Shown: positions 1 through 13,060, counted from the first letter of the stretch. The stretch: DNA of 64,000 nt from Amoeboaphelidium protococcarum X5 (GCA_023515725.1 JALDTO010000251.1:62001-126000), one strand, 5' to 3'. Made by a program: numbers and translations. Notes: generated by a model not told the origin, from the letters alone.

Positions 1-424
1 CAACATACATGTGAGGCAGTGGATAGATCTTCTGAGGCTTGTCACTGTCCACTTTAATGCGAGAGAGACAGGCCAGAGTATTACGACCATCAATGTTCAT
101 GGCACAACTACCACAGATTCCCTCTCTGCATGAGCGCCTGAATGTCAGCGATGGATCATCTTCATTCTTGATCTTGATCAGAGCATCCAGGACCATGGGG
201 CCACAGTTGGCAGTGTCCACCTCATAAGTCTGCATGTGCGGCTTCTTTTCCGGCTCATGTGGATTCCAGCGGTAGATTTCAAACTTTTTTATTTTTGGAG
301 CCTTGGTGGCAGTGTCTGGACGAGTGTCCTTACTAGTGGCTAGTGCTCTATTCAAGACTAGATTACTAGTTTTTATTAGTTGATTCTTGGCAATGGTTTT
401 GCTAATAGCTGATTTTATCATCAT
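1..424 (-). CDS. SDH2: Succinate dehydrogenase iron-sulfur subunit (5' part; runs off window start)
   Basis: Manual translation gives a presequence then KFEIYRWNP...[46 protein letters not shown], the SDHB 2Fe-2S motif. Confidence 0.97.
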   Translation of the reverse strand, partial: MMIKSAISKTIAKNQLIKTSNLVLNRALATSKDTRPDTATKAPKIKKFEIYRWNPHEPEKKPHMQTYEVDTANCGPMVLDALIKIKNEDDPSLTFRRSCREGICGSCAMNIDGRNTLACLSRIKVDSDKPQKIYPLPHMYV

Positions 425-1061
425 GACGTAAGTGACTGGTTGGTCGGTAGGAAAAGATTGTGAGGAAAGAAGGCTGATTGGAGCTGATGATTTCTTTTCA
501 CGCGGTTTATACTGAATTCTGAAAAAATTTGATCAATCGCTTGGTTGAAACGTGTATGTTGGTTGATCATCAATGTCCAGAGACGCTGATGAACCACTTG
601 TCAAATTTCCAAAAACTTATAGGATACTTAAAGATTTCTGCTTCTTAATGTAGATCATATTGAAAAATATCATTTTTACGTGGAGAAAAACTTTTAATCA
701 AAGCACCATTGTATCATTGTGAGATGGAACATCAATCAGCTTACCACATCAAATCACTAAGTGTTAAAAACGCATTATTAACAAACTGTTCTATTACAGA
801 CAATATTCATAAGAAGGCAGTATATGAAAGTGCTTCAATTACGCAAGTTCTCCAATATCTTATATACCTCCAGTAATCACGATCAATCAACACAATCAGT
901 AGAATCCATCAGTTAAAAGCCTCTTGTGCTAATTCTACATATCAAAGGTGAATATTCAAATTCTTAACATAGAGCGTCACAACGACAATCGTAGACTTAA
1001 TCACTACGAAAGAAAGGACCAACACTTAATCCCATAATAGGCCTTGAGTAGCACAAAATTT

Positions 1062-2537
1062 TCAGATTTCAAGAGGAAGAAAATACTTAAAAGCCCCTAT
1101 CAAAATCGTCAATACAGCAAATTTACCGGCTCCGACTACCTTACTTGACTCGCATAATAAACCCCAGACATATAATAAAAGAACTAATCCAGCTAATATG
1201 AAGGAAAAGACTAAAATCTAGCCCCTACTCGGTCTCATAGCGCAGAGAAAGAGCAGAATCAACCCAGCTATGTTGTAAAATAAACCATACACTATCATCT
1301 ATTCATTTCGTCCTAAATTAAGTGATTGTAGCATATACATAGCTTCTACCAAAAAAGCAAAACTCATTCCAAAACCAATCCACGAGGCAATATTGCCAGA
1401 CACCTCATTCTATTGTTGTGACGCATTAGTCGAGAAATAAGCAAATAAGCCAGTGCTAACGAACAGTAGACCAGTCTTACATAAAGACACTACATTCTAG
1501 AATACTGGAACACAAAAAACTACGATAAATGAGGTTATTGCCAGAAAGAGACAAAAATCGCGCAACAAACTGACAGCAACCTATTAATTCCATGACACGC
1601 AGAGATTTTAGAATTTAAGTCTGCGATATATTTCAAGCCGAACTTTAGCAATATAGCACAGATAAACCCCGAATAACACAAACAAGTCCACAAATAATCC
1701 TTTAAAGACACAAAGCCCAAAGACATGCAATAACTTCACCAGCATAAAACACAATTAGACTAATAGTGACACAAATACAACCAAACAGAAACGTTATGGT
1801 GACAAAGACATGCCGATTATTATTGCAAATATGTCGACAAAATAATGCGGCTGCAAATAGAAGAGAATGCCAATCAAGGTTACTTGCCGTGATAACACCG
1901 CCTCTATGTAACCAAGACCTATGAACAACAGCGATATATAGACGCAACAACATAATAGAAGAGCGTTTTAATACAGCTTTAAATATCTTATGTCAGGACT
2001 ATTCAAATAAATCAGACCAAAAGCAAGCATTAAGACTAACTAAGCTACGCCAATTGGCAGAGACATTGATAAAGCGCCTCCAAAGAAAATGTTAGTAAGA
2101 TTCCCTCCGAGTAATAAGCATATGACGAAGACGTCAGACTTAAGATTTTTCTATAAGGTGTCAGTTAAAAAATACTATTCCATCGCAGGGTCTATAAACT
2201 TTCCTCTAGCATAGTCAATGAGCGCATCAGCTTCCTTCTACTACTCAGGAGCAACACTGACCAGACTACGCACAATCCTTCCAACATATCTCATGACAAA
2301 GTTGTCACCCTCAACTCCATTATACTAATACTAAGACTTCTTCGCCTTCTCCAACTCTACTGTATCCACTTTAGAACTCAAAGTTATAGTCTTCTAATTC
2401 AGCAGACTAATAAGACTCTCATCAGACACCACCTCATCTACTTCAAAATCAATCTAATCCTACTAATCACTTCCATTTCCAGATTGCAACACAGCTTCAT
2501 CCATCGTCACAGACTTGACAATACTCTAATCAGTCAT
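1062..2537 (-). CDS. Multi-pass membrane protein, about 491 aa, unknown function
   Basis: Open from ATG 2537 to TGA 1062 when TAA/TAG=Gln; acidic N-terminus followed by about 10-12 hydrophobic segments. Confidence 0.7.
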
Positions 2538-2843
2538 TCTTCAAACAAACACTTTTTCTAATCTATACTATTGTTATAAAGAATACAAATCCCAATCGAT
2601 ATATAAACCATCTAGAGTAGAGTAATCAGAAAGTTCCACCGTCATGCTGCCTGTCGAAACTCATTGCGATCCAATCACTGGCGTTGGAAATGGCGATCTT
2701 TCAATTTGGAAGAAAAGAAATTCCGCGGATCGCTCAAAGATGATCGAAGCTACTAATTTACTTGACGTTCAGAGCTCTGCTATAATAAAACAAGAAAGCT
2801 TAATTTTAAATTCAAATCTATTAATTTTGTAATGTGAGTTTAA

Positions 2844-3875
2844 TCACATATTCAAGTCTCGGATATCGATTAATAGTTTAAGACCCTTCGGCTATAATGG
2901 GGTAGATTCCTATTAAGTAGAATGAAAGCCAAAACGAGTCTACACTTCCAACTTTTCCAAGTACTTGCGCTATTTCCCCTTCTTGGATGATTTCAAGTGA
3001 TCAATGAACGCGACACAGTTTTCATAAATCTACTCTGCCGCCATCTTGCCATCATCAGATCGATCCAGATCAAATCTGCCCAACAACACGCTCAGAAAAG
3101 AGTTATGATCAACCTTGTACACAACCACATCCATCTATTATTTCAAACTACGAGCTATGGCTTCAACAACATTTTCGCTCATTGTCTCTGTACGACGCTG
3201 AGATGGCATCAAGTTCAAAGGACCGAGAACACGCGCGTATCCACCACGTTAAGTCTACTCTTCTGCAGGCAATGGCTCTCCATTAGCATCTATTTAAGGT
3301 GATAGCAGTAGAGTTTTCATAAAATCGGGATGACAAATAACCTTATTAAATCGCGCCAATTTTCCAACATTGGAACCAGAAATGAGCCGATCCAACTCCT
3401 ACCTAGATGTGATGATCAACGCGTCACCACTGTCCAATTACTTCTTCACCAGGGATGCATCTAACGCATCACATCCGCTGAATGACTAGTCCAGGATCTC
3501 TTTAGAAGGTGTAAACGCCAAAATACGCGTCTTCATAAATCTATGAGGCATAACTACGGACCCTTTTAAGTCTTTCACATTGGAATCGGATGATGAGAAG
3601 TAGAAATTGAGCGCCACGTCCATCAACTTTTCTTCATCCAAGGTCTTTTGCTGTGGAGTACTCTTATATGTGACTGGATTAAATACTGAAGGTGGTTAGT
3701 GCTAAAGAGATAAGGCTTATAACATGTTGATTGCCTTTTACAACGGAATAGCACATTCTTCAATCATATCTACCGCACTTTCATCCTTGACCACAATCTT
3801 CTAGTTCGCCATAGACATCCATCTACTTCTTCCTACTCTTCCAGATATTTAAGACTTGATCGCTGTCCTTAACAT
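2844..3875 (-). CDS. MRPL1: Mitochondrial ribosomal protein uL1m (L1 family)
   Basis: 343-aa ORF under TAR=Gln with an Arg-rich presequence and L1 motifs LKGSVVMPH, FNKVICHPDFM and ARVLGPLNLMPS. Confidence 0.8.
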
Positions 3876-4084
3876 CTTTGGATTAATTTTTTAGATTCTA
3901 GATACTATTCTTTGATATAATAGTCAAGGGATAATTTGGTTCTACGCGTCAAGCAATCGTTAAAAATTTTAACAAAGTTCTAGGCGATTTCGCTAGAAAA
4001 GAGGCGAGTAAGCGATTAAAGCACAGTAGTACAGATAATGTAAAGATACGAACTAAATAAATAATATATTGGGGAGAATATAAT

Positions 4085-5247
4085 TCAACAAAACTTCCAT
4101 CTATTGCCGCAATTGACACAAGTGACAAAGGTGGTCATTGGTTCCTACAGCCATTAAAAATATACATATATAGATGATAAATAATGATCTGGATAAAAGA
4201 AAACGTAATACTTACGTCAGCTGAGCGCGTCTACAACTAATAATACTTGGTCTTGCGCTGTTTACACTTGCCACATTTAAATTAGTCAGTCTCAGCCTCG
4301 TTCTTGCCAGAGAGAAGATTCTTGGCTTCATTCAAAAGAGCTTCTTTAATCGCCTTGTTCTCAGCACGCACTGAAGGTTACAGTTCATCTGCTGATAGGG
4401 AGCACAGAGATTCTGGTGCATACTTGCCCTCTTTGTTTATAATCTGCATGAAAATACTATCTTCACTGTTTGCATCATCCGATTTACTGGCCTGTTTGAT
4501 ATTCAGGAATAGCATTCTGATTTTAGCAGAGTAAGACTCCTTCATTTGAGGATCTGAGAATGGATACTAGGCATTCACAGCGGCTTCAATCTCTTCACAT
4601 AGACTTTGTAGATATTCCACCGACTTTTCACATTAAGATGAGCCTTTAAACGCGTTAAATAATAGATTTAAAGATTTCAATCTTATAGGATCTTCCACGC
4701 GACTGAATTGCGGCTTTGTCTCGCTAAATTATGCAGACTCTTTATTGTCATTTTTAATCTCAGGCGGAGTTTATTGTCCACTTTACTTAGTCCTCTCTAT
4801 AGAAACATCAGTTGACGATTCTCTTTTCACCTTCTTAGTGACTACTATGGCGGTAGAGGAGCTATCATCTCCTGGCTCAGATTTCACACTGACGCGCTTC
4901 CTCTGAACATCCACCGTCCTGGTAGTTCCACTACCGTTACTCGGTGGCTTCTGATAATTAATGTCATTCTTCCACTTATCTACCAGGCTCTTACATTATG
5001 CACTTATGTCTTTTCCCTCTGCCACTTGCCACGATGTACTGACTTTTCTGAGTTTCCCAACCGCCAGACCTATGCCAGTCTTAGCCAAAAATTCTGTCGA
5101 CACTTGGAACTCACCAAGCTGATTTAGGATGTACTTGATGCTATTCAATTAATCTGCACTAATAGCTTTACCGCTATCACTAGAGATCTAAGATGTAACA
5201 TTTTCCAACTAGCTCTTGAAATCTATAGCGCGTTATACGTCGTCCAT
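4085..5247 (-). CDS. DST1: Transcription elongation factor TFIIS; one intron 4145-4215
   Basis: C-terminal Zn ribbon CGKCK...YYQLQTRSAD|EPMTTFVTCVNCGNRWKFC; both conserved Gln are TAG; GT..TGTAG intron. Confidence 0.96.
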
Positions 5248-5255
5248 TACTGTAT

Positions 5256-5293
5256 GATGAAGTTTAAATTGGATGAAGTTTAAATTGGATGAA
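5256..5293. repeat. Tandem 16-bp direct repeat (GATGAAGTTTAAATTG x2.4) just upstream of TFIIS
   Basis: Visible at 5256-5271, 5272-5287 and partially at 5288-5293. Confidence 0.85.
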
Positions 5294-5851
5294 TTTACCC
5301 GCCAGAATTGTTGGTAGTGGAGAATGACTTTGAAAGAAAACTAGCGAGGCAAATAACATTCTAAGACAACTTTGTGTGAGAAGTCTATGAATGCAATAAA
5401 AAAATTACGCGTATATGAGGATGAGTACGTCGTAAAAGAATCGGTATTTTTAATAAACTTATCAATGTGCCCATAAATGCAATTTAATCGCACAAGCATC
5501 ACGTTCAGGAATCAGCAGCGGCTGTGGTATGAATTGATGTAAGGAGTTGCTCGATTTATTTCATGCGTGATTAGGCAGAGATACTTTCTTTTTCAATCTG
5601 AGTATTCCACGGGAAGTAATTCTCGGCAAATGGGCCTTGGAACTGTGTATCGGTATTGTCAGTTTGTCACGTGATGAAAGTGTGCACAACCCCTTAACTT
5701 TTAAATGATAATCATTTTGGACGTGATTTCATTGTCGGTTTTCGCACAACATCCGTCATTCCACATCACCTCTCTATCTTTTTCATTAACTGAATTTTGA
5801 ATTAATAAAACCACAAATAATATACACAATAGCCTAATTTGATTTTTTGAA

Positions 5852-6112
5852 ATGAAATCCTTTGCCGTATTGCTAGCATGTCTGGTGTTGTTTGTTGCGT
5901 CTGCTTTGGCTCGTCCGGTGGGTGAGAGCACCAAGGCAGATGAAGAGTTGAGCGTGTTAGAGAAGGTCTACCATGGGTAATGCCGAAAGTACGTTTGCTG
6001 CTGTTCCAGTTATAAAAAAGATGAACGTACCAACACCTAGCTTTAGGTTGTCTTCCCTGTCCCTTATGATAAATGCTACAATTTTCTAGATGAGGTTATA
6101 TGCGACGAATGA
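5852..6112 (+). CDS. Small secreted cysteine-rich protein, 86 aa (paralog A)
   Basis: MKSFAVLLACLVLFVASALARP... signal peptide; HGQCRKYVCCC...DKCYNFLDEVICDE then TGA; aligns by eye with the 6439 gene. Absent from the ORF track because of TAA/TAG codons. Confidence 0.85.
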
Positions 6113-6438
6113 AGCGATCTATATGCGTTGATCCCACGGCTTGAATATTGAATAAATTTAAAGAAATTTGATTTTTATTATGAAATGTAATTGAGTCTCT
6201 TTCAATACAGTACCTTTACGAAAGCTGTTGCGCTTATTCTCTTTCTATCGCGATTTGGTCCCGCTAAGTTGTGTCTGCTTGCGGTATGATGGAAGCAATT
6301 TTAAGGGAGATTCTAGCAATGTTGTTTTGACGTGATTTATGGCTCACTTGTCACAAAACGCGCCATCTTTTTTTCATAATTACAAGTTTTGATGTAAAGC
6401 TGAGATTTTAGAATCTACTGAAATTTTCTATTATTGCA

Positions 6439-6714
6439 ATGAAATTTATAGTAATTTGTGCGTTCCTTGTCGCGCTGGTGGCTGCTCATCCTGTGATTGA
6501 AAGTAAGATGGGAGATGAAGACTTTAGCGTGACAAAGTTAGTCAACCATGGAGACTGCCCGAGATACATTTGCTGCTGTAAAGGGTGGAAAGGCACTCCA
6601 ACGTATCCCATGCCTTCGACAGACTTTTTAACGTATCCGGTGCCATAAGTTGTTTTTACCGCCGCTAAAGATACGTGCTACGGGTTTGGGGATCTGATAA
6701 TATGCGATGAATGA
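6439..6714 (+). CDS. Small secreted cysteine-rich protein, 91 aa (paralog B)
   Basis: MKFIVICAFLVALVAAHP... signal peptide; HGDCPRYICCC...DTCYGFGDLIICDE then TGA (TAA at 6646 read as Gln). Confidence 0.87.
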
Positions 6715-6778
6715 GCTGTATGACATGAAAGAAAGTTTAATAATAAATCGATTTCCTTTATTACCAAATTTGGCCACA

Positions 6779-8092
6779 TCACTTCTTACCATATTCCAAA
6801 GCGACTAGTTTAGCAATAGTGTTCAACTAGATGTTGCTAGTACCTTCGTAAATAGCACCAATCTTACAATCACGGTAAAACTTTTCAATACCCAAATCCT
6901 TAGTGAATCCAACACCACCCATCCACTCAATTGCAAGAGAGGCAGCTTTCTGTGCAACCTGAGAAGAGTATAGCTTAGCCATGGCAGCCTGCTTGACAAA
7001 GTTCTTTTGCATGTCTGGATCCAAGATACCGACTACAGTTCCACCGCTGGTGGACTACTTCTTATCCTGACTCAATGCATCCAACTGCTCCTTCAATCTG
7101 GCAGCATTATAAGTCAATAGACGCGCAGCCTCGATCTCAGTGGCAACTTGAGCATATTGATGCTGTAATCCCTAAAAGTGACCAATCTTCTGTCCAAATT
7201 GCTCCCTCTCATACAAGTATGGAATAGTCTAATCACATACACCTTGAGCTAGACCAATCATTTGGGCAGAGATACCAATTCTACCTTCATTCAAAATCTC
7301 AATAGCATACTTGTACCCCTAGCCAACTTGACCGAGAATATTAGAAGCAGGAACTTTGACATTATCCAGATTGATGGTACACGTACTGCTAGCTCTGATA
7401 CCCAGCTTATCCTCCTTCTTGCCGATAGACAAGCCCGAATGAGTCTTGTCCACCACAAAGCAAGTGATTCCCTTATAGCCCTTATTAAAGTCAGTATTGG
7501 CAAAGATCAAGTAAATTGACGCCTCTCCCGAATTGGTGATCCACATCTTGGATCCATTCAGAACGTAATAATCGCCCTTCTTATCAGCACGAGTCTTTAG
7601 AGCAAATGCATCACTACCGGAACTGCTTTCACTCAGACCAAAACATCCAACAGCGTTACTTGCCAACTGAGGTAGATACTTTTACTTCAAATCAGGAGAT
7701 CCATACTTTAGGAAGAGAGTGTTCACCAGAGTGTTCTGGACATCACATGCTACAGACACTGCAGGATCAATCTTGGCCAGCTCCTCAACAGTCAAGATGG
7801 TGGACATGAACGACATATCACTACCACCATACTCACTAGGAATCTCAACACCCATGAGGCCCATTTCAAATAATTGCGGAAAGATGGATGCATCCAATTG
7901 AGAGTTCTTATCCATCTCATGCACCAACGGCTTCACCTTCTCCTGCGCATATCTCTGCACCATGCTCTTCAACTGCAACTCTTCCTCAGTAAAAGTGTAC
8001 AGAGAAGGGACATTACTCATAGCCAATCTTGACTATATAAATCTCTAACCACTGCGACCGACAGCATTTCTAACAGCACTAACTCTGAGCAT
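6779..8092 (-). CDS. ACADSB: Short/branched-chain acyl-CoA dehydrogenase, mitochondrial
   Basis: [42 protein letters not shown] and [13 protein letters not shown] motifs; track fragments join in one frame under TAR=Gln. Confidence 0.95.
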
Positions 8093-8918
8093 GACGTTTG
8101 TATTTTCACACGCTCAATTCCTTTTTTCCTCTCTCTGTGCAAAGAAACAGAAAGGAAACTGGCAAACTGAAAGAGAAAATTGTTCGCTGTGATCGTTTCA
8201 ACGTGCGCGATCACTTCGGTTTAAAGAGAATGTTCCCTTGACATTGTGGTGGATCTAACACTGTAGGACAGACTGAGAGTGTCGCGTCTACTGTATCTGT
8301 GTGCCAACTTGCTTCTACTTTGCTCACACTCTCTCTTTCTCTCTCTCGAAGCATTAAATATGTGAGACAATTGTCCAACCATTTTAAAAGATCTTCCAAA
8401 TGATACATATGTATTTTTCTGATCTAATTATTATATTCGCCGGATACTATCACAGACATAACTTTTATTGTTCTGCACATATGTACATCATTTAGAAACG
8501 TGATATCTCACTCTAAATGATTGAAAGATTGACTGAGAACACCTATTCGACAGAATTAGCTTAATTAGTAGTATCTTCTGTCTCATATCAGTAACACAAG
8601 GAGCACTTACAAAGAAATACCATCTGATCTGACTAGACGGCGTTTCAGCAATGCACACTGTCTCTTCTTCTTGTCTGTCGTAGTGATCAATGCACTTTTG
8701 ATGAGGCGACGACATCGGTCGCGCTAGCTCGCTCTTTTCGCGTTTCTCTCATTTTTCGAAACTCTTCTCGTCGCTTTGGACACTATCTCTCTTAGTCTCT
8801 CTCTTTCTACTGCTGCTTTGGAGACCACTCATTGTCATCCTAATCTGAATATTTAAAGCCTTTCCTCTATTATTATATTTGAATTTCCTTAATTATAATT
8901 ATCCAGTATTGGTCAATA

Positions 8919-11246
8919 ATGTTGAATCAAGGATCTGCGTTTTAAGCTTAGATGCAAGAGTTCTAGAGACTGGCCATGAAGGAGGATTGGTTTCTGAATG
9001 ATCTCCTCTTAACACAGTAGCATCAGTAATAGTAATAGTAGAATTAAAATCTACCAGTAAATCTGTCTATACATAGAAATCGGATATTTTAGTCTTTGAG
9101 GAGTACTCTACCTAATGAGATTGAGTGGGCTTTGAACAAGTTGCTACTGCTCTCTTGGTATGGGACTGCAGAGGGATTCAGTCCATAGACTGGCGGATTG
9201 ATTCTACTGGCCGACCTGTGGCGTGCATTGCTGGAACTGGATGTTATTGTTAAATTTGCATCTGGCCTGTAATTATCACATCAGATGTCTAAACACAAGA
9301 TGGATTCTGCAGCTAGCAGCAAGTAAAAGCTAGCCAAGTATTCGTTATCGCCACAGGAGAAAGAGTAGGTGCTGAATGTGATGCAAATCCTGAGAAATTT
9401 CACATTTGTTGATGGTAATGTTCGTCAGATGCTGTAGCCTAATGCTTACATGTTATTTGATGATAGAGCGTTTGGTGTGCTTGACTTGATTAATCTGGTT
9501 CTTCAAGTTACTTCTTCAGGTCCTAAGCGGCGTACTACTTCATCTGCAAAGATTGATGGTGATAACATGGGGGATGATGGTTTCTATACGGAATTATCAC
9601 TTTAGGCGTTGGATGCTATTGAGAACTTTGGTATTTATATAAAGTTGAATCATGGTGGTGGCAGTGTCAATGTAAGTGCCGAGTAGAGACATCATACGAA
9701 CTAGCTGGTATTGTCTCTGTTCAACTCTTGCAAGTACATGCTCATTCACAGTGTGGATAGATATGTCATATTGGCAAGTATTAGATATTTAAGTCGGTAG
9801 TGCATCCATGAACATAATCATCCATTGTTCTGTACTGATCGCATTCAGCTTTAACAGTCGCAATGGGACAATGATACGGATGAGGATGAGCTTGATATCG
9901 TATATAATAACAGCCAATAATAAGATCATGTTGTGCATAATGCTGATGTTTTGAGAAAGTTGGCGTCTCTTCTTTATGTATGGGATGAAGAGATTAATAT
10001 TGCTGTGCTAGAGTTGCTGTACTGGTGGAGTGCAATCTATCATTATAATGGCAAGTCAACCGGTGTGGATCTATTTAACTATGAGAAGGGTTTGCGTTAG
10101 AGGTATCATACAGATATGGCCCATTGTATTCTAACGTGGTTGTCGAGTAATAATGGATCGGCGGACACTAAATTAAAGTAATTCCGCATTGGCGCCAACG
10201 ATGGTGGATTTACATTTATCAAGACGATTTTCAAGTTTTTAGAATGGAGAAGCCCGGTGAAAGCTCAGCAGTAGCAATAGTAATTATAACTGCAGGCTGC
10301 TTAGATGCAGCAAATGAAGTTGTAATAGTAACAATAATTACAGTTATAGTAGCAGCAACAATAGTAGTTGCTTATGTAACAAAAGCAGTAGCAGTAGTAG
10401 TAGTAGTAATAGAAATAGAGTATTCTTGATAAATCTGATTTTTAGGATTGTCTGAATTGGTGGAAGAGTAACTTTGTATTGGAGCATGGTTCTGCTATTA
10501 ATGCAGATGATAAGCCACAGCCAATATAATAGATGGAAGCTTTCGCTTAGTACGTAACTTATTGTAAGTAGAAGAATCAAATGGCATTGCCGTTGTCAGA
10601 GTTTATGAAGATGATACCTCTTGCTTTCTCATCTCCTCCTGTATATACTACTACTGCTCCACAATAAGGTAGAATTGGAGCAGTTGAAGTGATTTAATCC
10701 AATGGCAAGTAAATTCTGATTATCAAGGGAATAAGAAGGAAGCCATTGAGTGTTGTTGATAACTAGTCAACTACGTAAACAGAGGACAATCAGATGGAAG
10801 TTGACCAACCTCCGCAGCGGTCTTTAAAGGAAGAAAGCGCATCTACTTTGGATTCTATCAAGACGAACGCTGGTTCTACAGAGTCTCTACCAGAGCAACC
10901 TCTATCATAGCCTAGTGCTGAGTAATCATCGTCTTCTTCGTAGCCTTAGTAGTAAAGCAGATCCAGCGCTGACGGTGCGTCACGAAAGTTTGCAGTTCCT
11001 CCACCTGCACCGTATGTTCCACCTATGCAGTACAAAGACGACAATAACATTCCATTGATGTCAGCACTAATTCTGCGTAATCTTTCGTATTCAAAAGCTA
11101 ATCATGGTGTTATGAAGTAGTTTGAAGATGATATTGTGCGTTACATGGCTCATCGTGGTCCGATGGCAAATGAGACTGTTATTCGTGCTCTCTGTGGGAT
11201 ATTACATGAGATTGCAGACAAGAAACCATAATTGGAAGATGATTGA
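8919..11246 (+). CDS. RSC9/ARID2-like chromatin-remodelling subunit with poly-Gln/Asn tracts, about 775 aa
   Basis: RIFQSLRSTLPNEIEWALNKLLLLS resembles the Rsc9/ARID2 SLxSGLPNEVDWA motif; C-terminal IPLMSALILRNLS; one open frame under TAR=Gln. Confidence 0.7.
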
Positions 11247-11356
11247 TTAAGTTGAAAATTGAACGAGTTGATTGAGGTTAACAATAAAGATATCTACTGT
11301 ATTGATTTATTACTTTTTCACGCTGATAGTCTAACTATACTATAATTATGTCCCAC

Positions 11357-13060
11357 TCAGTCATCAAAAGTGACCTTGGTTCCTTTAAACTCGGCAATGT
11401 TTCCCTTGGCCTTGTTCACACCGCCAAAACCACCTCTGCTGCCACCTCTTCCACCACGACCTCCTCTGAATCCTCCTCTGGCACCACCTCTACCTCCTCT
11501 TCCACCTCTGCCACCACCAGCATTATCACCAGCTGGTTTCTGGCCGGCATAATCCAGGCGCAAGCTTCTGCCATCAACCTCCATTCCCTGGCAACTCTCC
11601 AGAGCCTTCTTGGCCTCATCAACACTGCCGAACTCGACATAAGCGAATCCCTTCACCTGACCAGTCTCGCGATCAGTAGGGACTCTGATGTGCACTGGCT
11701 CAGCGTGAGCACTGAAAGCATCACGCAACATATCCTAAGTACCATTGAAAGACATATTACCGACGAACAGAGTGGAAGAAGGCTCAGATAGCGGACGATC
11801 ACTTGCTCTTGGCTTCTGCTATTTCTAACCTCTAGCTGGAGAGTCCATCGCGTAATGCAGATTAACACTGCGGCCATCAACTTCCTGCTGGTCACACTTC
11901 TCGATTGCCGCGGTAGCATCATCCACAGAGGCAAACTCGATAAATCCAAAGCCACGACTCCTGCCAGATTCGCGATCCATGATGATACGAATACTCTAAG
12001 CCTCAACACCAGCAATTTCTTTCACAGCCTCGTACAAAGAATCTTCAGTGGAGTTGTAGCTCAACCCAACAATTCTAACGGTAGAAGATGGGGCATTTTG
12101 CTGATCCTGAATAACCTTTGACTTCTTAGCTGGGCTCTCAACATTGGATACTTCCTTCACGTTCTCCTTCTCTTCAGCCTTACGCTTAGCAGGAGAGGAT
12201 TTCTCCACAACTTTACTCTCTTCATCACTCTCGGAATCGGATGATGATGATGATGCACTATCATCGCTACTAGATGACGCGCTATCACCAGAGTCGGATG
12301 CCTCACTGTCTGAAGAAGATGACGCGGAGCTGTCACTGTCAACGTCCATCTTATCTTCAACGGCAGCTACTTTGGTACTTTTGCTTACAGAAGCAGCCTT
12401 CTCATCATCAGAAGAAGAGTCGCCTGATGAGGAAGAGCTATCAGAATCACTCTGAGCCTTCACAGCAACTGGAGCAGACTTTGACTTCTTGGTCTCAGTA
12501 GCAACTGGAGCAGCAACAACTTGCTCATCTTCGCTCTCGCTAGAAGAAGAATCTGAAGAAGATGACACGCTATCCTCACTATCAGACTCGGACTCGGAGC
12601 TGCTAGACTCAGCAGTCACCTTCACTTTCTCGCTGGTGGCGGTGGTGGTAGCCTTCTTGTCAGCACCTTTGACAGGTCCAACACTAGTAGCCTTAGCTTT
12701 TACAACAGGAGCCTCAGCCTCAGATTCAGACGCGCTACTTTCGCTATCACTACTACTTGAAGAATCGGAGCTTGACGCGTCAGACACAGCCTTCACAGGA
12801 GCGGCAACAGACTTGACCTTCTTTGCCACTGGCTCGGCTTCACTTTCACTATCGGATGATGATGATGATGAATCGCTGCTAGAATCTTCCTTAACTGGCT
12901 AGACAATCTTTTTCACTTTTGCACTCTTGCCAGACATGACTTCAGTATCTTTGACCTTCTTGCCATCCTTCTTACTACCACTGCTCTTCTTGGATACAGA
13001 CTTACTAGGAGTCTTCGCTGCCACAACGGCAGTATCAGCTGCGATCTACTTCTTTCCCAT
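11357..13060 (-). CDS. NSR1: Nucleolin-like nucleolar protein (Ser/acidic repeats, 2 RRMs, GAR tail)
   Basis: Ser/Asp/Glu-rich N-terminus; RNP1 motifs RGFGFIEF and KGFAYVEF; RGG box; ends FKGTKVTFDD. Confidence 0.93.

Noticed and set aside
700-1061. Hydrophobic-looking continuation beyond the TGA of the membrane protein (readthrough or TGA recoding)
   Set aside because: It contains several further TGAs, and T-rich sequence translates as hydrophobic by default. No other gene needs TGA as sense.
11348-12902. Long + strand ORFs over NSR1
   Set aside because: Antisense shadows of a low-complexity, codon-biased gene.
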